This document shows, in pieces, positions 15,039-26,266 of a stretch of DNA of 64,000 nucleotides (positions are counted from its first letter, which is position 1; each line of letters begins with the position of its first letter). This DNA comes from Camelus ferus (Eukaryota). The notes under the pieces are model-generated. The model searched no databases. It worked only from the letters and a program-made list of their open reading frames with translations, and was not told the DNA's origin. The position numbers and the translations under genes were made by a program. Location: positions 84,322,001 to 84,386,000 of the forward strand of contig NC_045697.1 in NCBI RefSeq assembly GCF_009834535.1, read 5' to 3'.

Positions 15039-15101
15039 GTGAGTGAGTGAGTGAATGAGTGCGTGCATGCGTGTGTGCGTGCGTGCATGTGTGTGTGTGT
15101 A
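15039..15101. repeat. Compound (GTGA)n/(GTGC)n/(GT)n microsatellite
   Basis: Read directly. Confidence 0.9.
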
Positions 15102-18100
15102 TTTTAATGTATACATTTTAAAAGATGGGAGAAAAAAGGATAGAATGTTCAGAAAACCTCACAAGCTGGGTTTAATTCAGCTCCTAAGTGGTGTGGTCAG
15201 TAAAATCTCCAGGGACACATGGGCCCTAAGCAAGATAATTTTGTGTTTGTGTTAGCATCAGAGTCTGCCTCTCTTCAGTTCTGAAAGATTTACTATACTT
15301 TTGGGAATCTTTAAAAATAAATATGTGCTTCTCCCGACGTATATCACTGGAGATATTTCAAACACAAAGGCAGTGCCCTGGGGACTGGGAAACGTACCAG
15401 GGGAAAGAATGTTGCTTTAACAATATTCAGCACAGTCTGATTAGCTGCAGAAGTAGGCCAAAAACAAGGTTTCTTCTTTGTTGGTAGAAATCGCCTACAG
15501 AGGATTTGGCAGAAAAAAAATCCATGCTTTCATAGCCTCCCTTTTCTTTTCAGATCTCTTTGTTCCTGTTCTATGACGCAGTTCACAGGGAAATCTGATA
15601 AAAAGAACCCGAATGTTCCCTTGTTCTTTCACCCTGAGTAACTGTATCTTGCAGAGGATTTCTGTGTGCATAAGACTGACATGTGCTAACTTAAAGTGCA
15701 CTGCAGACCTTTCATCATGACCATTTCTGAACAAAGTCAGCCCCAAAGATGACAGATTCATCTTATTAGGAGAATTTTAAATAATGCTATTGACTTTGAC
15801 ATGCTTAGAAACTATACACTGAAGTGTTGTAAAAAATTACTGGTGATTAATTAAAGAATCAAGGAAAATAAGCAGGAAAACCTAGAAATTTAACCCATGG
15901 ACATATCTCTTTACTAATCATAAATCTGTAGGTATAACTAAATAGGCATATATATCATATAATGTAAACAGTGATAAAAATGACTCTATGAAACATACTT
16001 CTTGATGGACTACTCTACTATGCTCCTATTAAGATGGGCCTATTGAATTTGGTAACCCAAAGGCTACCCACTGTATCTAGTAAATAGTAACTAAATTTAA
16101 GTGCAGTTTTGGATTCTCTTATGAGGGTGTTCTTAACAGCGTTTAGGAAAATTATGGTTAGATCTGCTAACTGCCTTGTAGATAAGCCTGGCACATTCAA
16201 ATTTGTAGAACAGTCTTCTGTACAGGACTACTGATGATTATGTACAGTCTGGATGACCCTAGGAAGCACACTCAATACACTGAATCAGTTTCCAACAGTT
16301 ACAAAGGCTTCTTAAGTTCTGAGTGGCATACTTAAGATGCTATGGGAGAAAAAAAAAAGAAAGAGAAAACATAGCTCGACTCTTGCCTTCAAGAATCTCA
16401 ATCAGTAGTGAAAATAAAAAAGCGCACATATAAAGGAAATAAATCCACATAAAGTTGAGAGCACAAATTTATTAACTGTCAACAGCATTCCAAGTGGCAT
16501 GAAGTCAATCCTAGCATTCTCCCAGGAACAGAGACTTGAGTCGGGCTCTGAGGAAGAGAAAAGCACGCTGTGGCATAAAGTGGGGCAGACTTGGAAGTGG
16601 CCGCCCATTCAGGGGCGGAATGACACATAAACGACAGAAGGTGAAAATAAGCACAGCACATGCACATCTGTCCCTGTACAGTCAGGAGTCTGTTTCAGGG
16701 ATCAGCAAGAGTTACAGGAGAGCAAGCCAAGATCTGGAAGCCCGGCAGAGACATGAATATCTGACATATTTTTCAGTAGGAAATATTCTGTGTCAGGGCA
16801 CTTCATGACGCTGCCATCGTCTCTAGCAAAAACGTATTACTTTTACCATCCTAAAATTATAGTGACAATAATATCTGAAATAAACAGAAGAGTCACCAAG
16901 GCAGGAAGGCCAACCAGAATGATGGCGGGCGGTGTTCAAGCTGATGTTGGCCAGAAGTGGAACAGTAGTTATTCTAACAGAATAGGAGAGTGGATGCATG
17001 AGACATTGAGGAGAAATAACTGCCTAATGGACAAAAATTCAGGAAAAGGTAAGACTAAAGATGGCAAAAGAAATTTTGAGTGACTATCTTCAGATCCAAT
17101 ACCCAAATGCTACCTAAAAACTTATGCTTTTAAGAAATAAGATATATATCAACTCATAAGAATTTTGTAAATAGATACAAGGATCACATTCCTTTGTCCT
17201 GGCCAGGCCCTTTCAACAGGATCGCTACTAGTTTAAAGTATGGGAGGTCTCAGGAATGGAAAGGTTTCTGAGTCACTATCTAGGTCCTGTAACCAGCAAG
17301 AAGCAGAACTGAGCTATTCACATTTAGAACTTTTGGCTCTAAATGACATCTTCATTCTATTAATAGAAAGGACTTTTTATAAATGAGCCCTATAACCTAC
17401 AGTAAAGAAACCTGATAGGGTGATATAACCATGGTCAGAGTTGGTCTAAGGAAGGGATAACTGACGTGTACTCTATGCCTGCGTATTAAGCGAAATATAC
17501 AAGCGTACATGCATGCAGTGAGTAATTCTCACGAGACTCCCACAGGGGAAGTCATACCATTATCCCCGGCTAACAGATTACAAAACTGAGAACTTAAGAG
17601 ATTAGCTGCCCAAGGAAATTAGAGTTAATCACTAGTAGAGCTATGACTCAAAATTCATGAGCTTTCTACTCTATTCTTCCGTCTCAATTTCTTCATTTGT
17701 AAAACAGGGACAATAATAACCAAAGAGCCTTTCTTGAGAGCTTCTTGAAATAATTAAATGATACATTATCTCTTAATCAACATGCTCTAATAGAGTGAAG
17801 TATTATTAGAGAAGAGTCTACAGACAGTTGTTCTTTGTTTTCACTCAGTTCTGCACAAGATTGAGGTCAGTAACATAAACTTTGGTTAAAGAAAGGGCTA
17901 GATTTGGGCCCCGAGTAATACCATAAATAACACTGTGTTAACCTCAGCTGTATTAGTCCTTAGTTTTCATGCCTCAGTGAGGCTTTGAGAGCAGGGACGA
18001 CTCATCACTGAAATATGTACCTAGCACAGTGCTGGGTACACTGTTTATTGTTAATAAATTTTCATTTTATGAATTAAAGGATTGCTAAATAGCGGAAGCC

Positions 18101-18489
18101 TTCAAGGTACTTAAATTTCAGATAGGAAATCTCTACGAGGAGACTAGACATTCAACTGACAGGAAAAAAACAGCCTTAAAGGCAAATTACTGACTTTTTT
18201 TCCCCCAAATGGTCCTTTCTATTCTCCCTTATTCTTTGATGCAATACACGTGGCCATTATGAAACAAAATAGAATCCCCTGATAACTCCCAACTGATATT
18301 AGAAGGTATTGATTTCAGTCTCGCTATTTTCTGAGAGGTGAATAAGGTAATCAACTGGGGTTAAAATCAGTTTTCATCTTCAAGCTTTGTGGGTGACCCT
18401 GCTCGAACCAAGAGCCTGGCTTCACATCAACCCTTTTACTCCCTCATTTCCAAAGGAGTTCACTATCTTTTTGGTCCTTCTTTCTACTG

Positions 18490-18780
18490 TGTTGTAACCT
18501 CCCCAATCAGATCATGTTACTTCCCTGCTTAAAGTTCCTCAGTGACTCACCATTGTTTTCAGGATCAGATCTAAATTCCTCTGAATAGCTTACAAGGTGC
18601 TACATGACTTGCTTCTTACCTTCCCCTCTGATCGCATTTCTCGCCACTTTCACCCTCAACTGGCGCTCCATGGCCCCGCCCCCTCCCTTCTGTCTTCCCG
18701 CCTTTGCACATCCTGCTCTCACTGTTGGGAACACTCTCCCCTGTTCTTCAGCCTGGTGCTTGATACATGTAGGAACCCGT
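18490..18780 (+). mobile_element. L2 3' fragment
   Basis: atcagatcatgttacttccctgcttaaag ... cagtgactcaccattg ... cctttgcacatcctgc. Confidence 0.7.
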
Positions 18781-18930
18781 TCCTGTGTTTTTAATGGTTG
18801 ATTTTTTTCTTTAAAAATCTCAGCTATACATTAGGTGACAGTATATGAATCACGGAAACTGAAAAATCCTTATTCCATACTAGCATCCAAAACTAATTCT
18901 CTCTCTTCACACACACACACACTTTTGTCA

Positions 18931-19131
<201 letters not shown>

Positions 19132-22100
19132 TTAAGGCAGCAGTGAGTCATAAAGTTTTCTTGCTTTGCTATGGGGAAAAAGTACATTGTGTTTTTTTTT
19201 TTTTTTTCCTTTTTAATGCAATACACTAGAAATCTTTTCATACAGGAGCTTAGGAGCTACTCCTGTTTTTTTGTTTTGTTTTGTTTTTAATCTGAGCCAC
19301 ACGCAGGTAACTAATATGGTTCTGGGTAGGCCAGGAGAAGAGAGGGTGACTATACCTAGAACAGCAGGCAGAACTAAGGACTCCAGTTATCCAGCCCCTT
19401 TATACCTCCACAGTGTTATCTGTTCAACAGATATTTATTGAGTAACTATTCTGGACCTGTCTCAGTACCATGAGCTGAAAATCAAGTGGTGAGCAGGATA
19501 ATGATAATGTTCCAAGCATTTTATGTTTAATTCACAAGACAACCTTATGAAATAGATACTGTAGCTCCATTTTTCAAGTACAGAAACTTGAGCATGGAGG
19601 AACACATCCTACCCACCACAGCCCAGGCAGTTAAGGAACAGAGCCCAGCTTCCAGCGCAGGCAGACTATGCAGCTCTCAAATTTGACACAATCTCTACAG
19701 ACTGACAGAACATCCTTCACCCAAGCCTGATTATAAGAATCACCTAGGGTGCCCATTAAAAATACTCAGTGGTTCTGATTCAGTAGGTCTGGGATGGGTT
19801 GAGAAGCTGGTTTTGTTTTTTTGGAGAGGGATTGTTTTTTAATTAACATCCTTGGTTTTGATTTGTTAATCATTTAATTATAGTAAACACCTGCTATTTC
19901 TTCAATACACCTTGCTCTTTTTCATCAGTGTTCCTTTTACCTCCTGCTTCTCATACTCTCTTTAACTGAAGGACTTCTTGAAGGCACAGCTCCCACCCAA
20001 AGAAGAGTTATTAAATGCCCTTCAGAGCTAACCCTACCTTGGGAATTCCTATTTAATCACACGAAGTTCACTATAATGTAATTTCCTGTTTGTCTCCTAA
20101 ATACACTGCAACTGACAGGTGGGGCAGTATCTAACACATCTTTGTTTCCATTGTGACTACTGATAGATACAGTTTTAATGTTTAACTGAATATGTATTAA
20201 ATAAATGGGAGGGAAAAATCTCATTCCCTTCACTTAATTTGAGTCGTAAATTCTAGGAGGGTAAAGCCCATTAACCTGAAATCAGAAAACTAGCAGACTG
20301 GGATGTGCATTTCAATCTAAGTTTTGTTTGGTACTGAGTATTTTTTAAAAATCACCAAATTTGTTATACTGTTTAAAAATTGGGCAATTTTAACAACAAC
20401 AAAAAGGGTTTCTGGCACCTTCTGAAAAATCAGGCCACACTGAACCCAAATCACATGAAGCGGCACTGGCCACAGCCAAGGCGCCCTGACTCCCTCACAC
20501 TGAGCAGGCTTCTCTCCCATATTTCCTGGTGGCCACTCGCGGGCGTCAGAACCTACTGGAACCCCGACTCCTCCACCCCCTTGACTGTTTACTCTGCGGG
20601 CACTTTACCTGCCCGAGCCAGGTCGGCCAGATTCACCTGATGAAAAGAGGCTTGAACTTGGTGTGGGGGAGATACAAGAAAAGTGAAGAAATCTGAACCA
20701 GGTTCCTTCCCTTTAATGTTTTTGATCTTAATTTCCTCCAAACCCCTTAAGTTTCTGCTGAGTATCCAGCACATCAGTATGCTCTGCTTTACCTCCATCT
20801 TTTACAAAGTAAAAAGGTCAAAATAGTAAGACCTCAGGGAGCAATCTAGAGCTTTCCCCTCCCAAGCCGGGGGCACTTGCATATTCTCTGCTCATCTTGA
20901 CCTTCATGTTACTGTTATGTACCAGGCGTGTCTAAACTTTAAAACAATGTCACCCTCTTCATACTCCAAAGTAAGAGTCCTTCCCCAAGCCCCAAACTGA
21001 CGAGAAATGCATTCCTTTCAGTCATTTCCACAGGCTAATGCGTGGGCTGGACTAGGGGAAGAGAGGAGGACTGAAACTGTTTAGATAAAGGGCTGCCTTG
21101 TTTACGCCAGCCCCCAACATCAGAGATGGAGCAGAGGACTCCAGGGGAATTCGGAAGTGCGGAGGTGGGAGTAACCCACCTTTTAACTCAAAGCAGATCA
21201 CAGCTGTCTCCCTTAAACACTGCATGAGAGAACAGATGTTTGTTCCTTAGGGCACCATTATTCTTACAGCAGGAAGTTTTCTTTTTTTTCCTTCTACAAA
21301 GGATATTCCAAACGCTACGGGATAAAGACAGCCAGCATGGCTTGTGCCTCGCTCCACTCTCTACTGAGAGAAAAGAATCCTTTCTTTTGCTCGTTCGGCC
21401 ACGCCACAGCACACCTTTCTGAGCTGACTAGGGGGAAAGGCCGACACTTTCCTTCAGAACCTTTGGTCAGTGATACAGAGGTTCAGAATTCTTGGGATCG
21501 ATTGCTAACAAGCCACAAGAAAGTCACACGTCATTTAAAGCTCTTGTCAGCCGCTGTTTTGAACATTGCAAGAGAATTCAACTTTCTGCCCTGAGAGGGC
21601 TTGGGATAAAGGGGGTTTTAAGCAAAACACTGCCTGTCATTCTAACTTACCATTTAATAAAATATTCTCCATCTTACTAATAGCAGGCGGAAGAGTACGT
21701 GGTATTTCTGGGAGAGGTTATGGATGTACAGTTCTGGATTTTCACAGCTTTTCCTTTCACTGATGGTATGATTTGTTAGAATTTGTACAGTGAGATTTCT
21801 GACTTTTTCTTCAGGAGATGATATAACTTACTGCACTTGCTATTGAAGATGAACAAATAATACACTTTATTCTGTGATGCAGTAAGGTGCTATACCTGTG
21901 TATATGTATTACAGGTGACAACACAATTCAAAACTTCCGGAACTATGATACTACCTGATACAACTCATTCCTCCACATATGAGAGCACAATGCCTGTCTT
22001 CTCAGGCAGGAGCATTTAGCTGTTTTAGTGCTTAGTCTGAATATAGTTAAGTCCTTCTAAAGTTGAGAGTTCTAATTTGTGTCAAATTAACCAAATATGG

Positions 22101-23339
22101 AATGCAAAAAATACACAAAACTCCCTGGGTTAAAAGTTTAACCTGGCAAACAGTTTGGTAGTATAATGTCATTTTTCTTCTGAGTTCTTTAATTATATCT
22201 GCCACTCAAACTAATAAAGAAACTAGTTGCCTCTCATGACTCTTTAGAGGAAATTCTTCATTAAGCCCTTTTTTATGACTCTTTTTCTACTGCCTTGGTC
22301 CCTTTTCACCGTCCTAAAATGTAAAACCGAATGAAAATAACCAACCAACTCTGGAAGTGAAGTCCGCTAAGAGTGGAACTGGACATACCTTTGGCAACAG
22401 GATTCAACTGGGTTAAAAGAAGCAGTATTCAGATTATAAAAATATTTTAGTTGCTCAGTGATCCTTCACCAAAACCAGTTGTTTTGAATACCACCTGATT
22501 GATAAGGATCTAAATAAACTGGTCACCAGGAGGCAAAATCCTGCATCAGCTACCACATTTGCATTTTGGCATTAGATAATGATCATAAAAAGAAAAACCT
22601 GAAAGCAAGATGAAACACATGGTAAAAAGGAATGTTTGCTATTAGGGGTTCTAGTCCTGATGTTCCACTGACTTTGTCACCCTGAACAAGATGATCAACT
22701 TCTCTGCCTGTCTTCTCACCTGTGAAGTGTGGTGGATAGATTAGACTGTCTCTCAGGTATAATTTATCTGTGTCCACAGGGCTCCAGGATTTCTTACTGC
22801 CTCCTCACTTTACAACCCAATGCCACCCTCTGAGTGGCATCGAAATCTTGCCAGTGACCTTCCTGTACAAGCCCAAGCTCTGTCTCCGACTCTCTCATCC
22901 TTTCAAGTAAATGGACGGGGCACCTCAGCTGTTATGGTTGTCTTTTTCATGCTTGATTCCTCACACATGTCACTCTGTCTGGCTTGCTCACACGACTGAC
23001 TTAGATAGAGGATCCCAACCTCTGCATGAGTGCAGAGGAGGCTTGGGCTAGGTATGTAGTAGCCTCTATACTTACTGCAATAATGCTCTAAACGAAAAGT
23101 TGAGTTTTTAGAAACTGCCATCTATTTTTTTTTTTTTTTATGCAGGGGTGGGGAAGTGTCTATATTTTTGCCATTTTTTTTTCAAGGTTAAATAACACAC
23201 ACACATACACTCTCACTTCTGGGCCTGTTTAACTGTTTCTCCTCCTCTGCCGGGAATACATCCCCTCAAGTTTTCATATAGCTAGTTCTTCTTCATTGTT
23301 TATGTTTCAGCTGCACCAGAGAGACATTCACTGGTCCCT

Positions 23340-23850
23340 GTGGTAGATACTGCAGCAAGACTCCGTTAACCTGACACCTATTTTAACCTTTATCTAGTGA
23401 CCCTTCATTTTCTGAAGAGTCAAGAAAGCTCAAAAATATATTCTCCTGACTCCTTTGCAGCTAGGGTTCCAGGTAGATTTTGCTTTCTTCAGTGAGTATA
23501 TTTGAGTGAGACCTGAATTTCAAACTAACATAGTGCCTACCACATGAGGAACCCCCCACCCACCCTTTTTTTTTTTAACATGGATCCAGAGGGTATAATG
23601 CTGCTGTAGAGATGGCAGTTTTGGCCAGACTATGCTGTGATGGTTGATTCTGGAAGGAGGAGATAGCTCAGTGGCCTTCTGATTCTGGCCTACATGGAAG
23701 TTCCCATTGTGCACCAGATCTGGTTTGGTTTTGGGATTCATTCCTGGGGTCATTCATCCACCCCCTCCAATGATTTGAAAGCACCTAATTACATTCTTTT
23801 CTGCTTCAAATAGCTATAGCAGTTTCTGTTATCTGTAATTGAACTACATT
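23340..23850 (+). mobile_element. ERVL/MaLR LTR (LTR33- or MLT1-like)
   Basis: tgtggtaga start; ctcctgactcctttgcagctagg; 3' end ttttctgcttcaaatagctatagcagtttctgttatctgtaa. Confidence 0.6.
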
Positions 23851-23955
23851 AGGCAAAGTGTTGGCAGGCAACAAATTCTCAAGACTAGGAATTTGGTATT
23901 AGACAGTTGGCTTTGTTGGGTTTGCAGGCAGAAGGGAATCAGGTTTCCAAGAGAG

Positions 23956-24135
23956 CAGTGGCTCTCAGTGTTTGGTCCCTGCAGCAGTAGCATCTGAGAA
24001 CTTGTTAAAAATGCAAATTCGTGCGTCCCAACACAGACCGACTCAATCAGAAACTCCGGGAGTGGGGCTCAGCCGTCTGTGTTAAAATAAACCTTCCAGA
24101 TGACTCTGATGAGTGCTGAGCTGTGAGAACCACTG
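23956..24135. mobile_element. MER5A hAT-Charlie MITE
   Basis: Terminal inverted repeats cagtggctctca ... tgagaaccactg; internal aaaatgcaaattc and aatcagaaactc. Confidence 0.85.
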
Positions 24136-24139
24136 CATT

Positions 24140-24560
24140 AGGGATTGGGTGTTAGTAATCAATAGCAAGCAATAGCCATTTAAATCCTCACTTGTGGTTA
24201 CGCAGAAGGAAATCCCTTTTGGTGGACTCTGTGGTGGCCACTGTATTGCAGTGAGGTGCAAGGTGGGCTGGCTGTGGCCAGTGGCTTTGGAGGGATCAAA
24301 GAAAGCAAATAGAGTCTCTGGGCTTTAAATTTTGGGGTCAAGTCATGGTCAGAAGAGTAGAGAGTTTTTATGGCTCTCCTAAACCATTCTATTTCTTGAA
24401 GCACTAATGCAGGTGAAACCCACACAATCTTATTCTGCAGGTCGCTGAATTACAGTGTAGGATGAAATCACAGACTTGCCATGTCTCTTATGTGTAAGTC
24501 ACGGCATTGATTAGGAGCGAGTGGGGCACCAAGAATGGAACTGAGACATTTGAGAAGATG
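24140..24560 (+). mobile_element. Degenerate ERVL/MaLR internal (gag-like) fragment
   Basis: gtctcttatgtgtaagtcacggcattgattaggagcgagtgggg resembles the recalled ERVL gag 'ALIGKEWD' region; follows the LTR. Confidence 0.5.
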
Positions 24561-25099
24561 CTGGTAACTACACACATCTCAGACCATTCACTCCAAAATA
24601 TGTCTCTATAGTAACATAGTGAATATACTTTAACAGTGCCTATACTTTACAGTCATAGTTCGTTTTTCTGATTATAATTACATATTATTATATAATTTTG
24701 TGATCATCAAGCACCTAACCAGTTCTCCATAATATTAAATTTAATTTAATTTGGCAAAGAGCTGTAATACAAATGTTAATATTAGTAATGAACCATGCTG
24801 TGTCAGACACAACAGACAAATTGTAGATTATGCCTTCTTCTCTTACAGTTCAATTATTCACTTTATTTACTTTTGAAAAATTTTAATTATAGTTGAATTC
24901 CTTCTTTCATCTGTACAATGAATATTTTGTTGTTGTAATCTTAAAAACTCAGCTTCAGCTTGTCTTAAGTGTCATTAAAGTTTGATTCATTCACTTCTAA
25001 GAACACTGGAAACTCAGGATGGGAAAGGAATGACCTTAAAAGTTTTCCACTTTTTACCAGCTATGGTAGGAAGTTACTTAAAATGGTCAACTACTAACA

Positions 25100-25300
25100 A
25101 CAGCTAATATTTACTGGGGACGTATGAACCAGGAACTCTGATCACTACAACTCTGTGAGATAATGATAAGTTCTTTCATTATCGTCCTTTAACAGATGAA
25201 GAAACTAAGGCACAGAGAAGTCACAGATTTGCCTGAGATCAAGGAGATGGAATCTGAACCATCTCTCTCTAGACTCATGTTCTCAACCATCATACTGTAT
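25100..25300 (-). mobile_element. MIR SINE
   Basis: tttaacagatgaagaaactaaggcacagagaag core. Confidence 0.75.
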
Positions 25301-25788
25301 TCATCAAAATGAAAGCTGACAATGAAAATGTATCTCCGTGGCTCTTCAAATGTCTGGCTCTGTGACTAGTTAACAGGCTGTTTTATTCATTTCATTAACT
25401 ATTAAATTATTTCTAGCTTCTTAATCACTTTAAGGAAAAAGAAAGCATAATCTTGTTGACTGAACTGAAGGATCATGAATAGTATTTCATGCTAGATCAC
25501 AGGCTTTCTAATCTGAAATTTCCAGAATCAATCGATTGATTCATTCATTCAACAAAACAGTAAACCAGGTTCCTGTTAAGTGATCACTAAATGGTAGCCA
25601 TTATCATCATTATTATCATTGTTATTATTACTCAAGAACTAACGGTCTGATGGAGAAGACATAAGTAATTGAAATACATAGTTTTTTAAGTGCAACAACA
25701 CAAGTATGCTGGTAGTTTGCACAAGGGATTCCTAACAACACAATGATAGAGAATATAACTACACATTTAATTACTGTTTTTAGTCACA

Positions 25789-26266
25789 CGTAATAGTTAA
25801 TTTTGTCTCAAGTTGACTAGCCACAGGATGCCCAAATTAAACATTCTTTCTGGGTGTGTCCATGAGGGTGTTTCTGGATGAGATAAGCATTTGAATCAGT
25901 GGACTCAATAAAGTAGATTGTGCTCCCTGATGTGGGTGGGCACCATCCAATCCACTGAGGGCCTGCATAGAACAAAAGGCACAAGAAGGAGGAATTTCCC
26001 CCCTTCCGCTTCCTACCAGTCTGCTGGAGTTGGGATATCTCATCTCTTCTCAGGCTCTTGGACTGGGATTTCAACCATCGGCTCCCTGTTCTCAGGCCTT
26101 TAGACTCAGCTGAACCACACCACTGCCTTTCCTGGGTCTTTAACCTGCAGCCAGAAGACTGCTGGACTTCTTAGCCCCCATAATTGTGTGAGCCAATTCC
26201 TCAGAATCTTTTATATATTTATAAAGTCACCTACTGGTTATTTTTCTCTGGAGAACCTGACTAATA
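25789..26266 (+). mobile_element. MLT2 (ERVL) solo LTR
   Basis: gttaattttgtctcaagttgactagcc ... gagggtgtttctggatgagataagcatttgaatcagtggact ... tctctggagaacctgactaata. Confidence 0.85.

Noticed and set aside
17500..17770. Adjacent oppositely oriented MIR fragments as an RNA hairpin
   Set aside because: Too diverged and short in overlap to support a stable duplex by eye.
22091..22100. Perfect CArG box CCAAATATGG (another, CCATAAAAGG, at 53516-53525) as SRF sites in a smooth-muscle gene
   Set aside because: Several CC(A/T)6GG matches are expected by chance in 64 kb of AT-rich DNA, and I have no conservation evidence.
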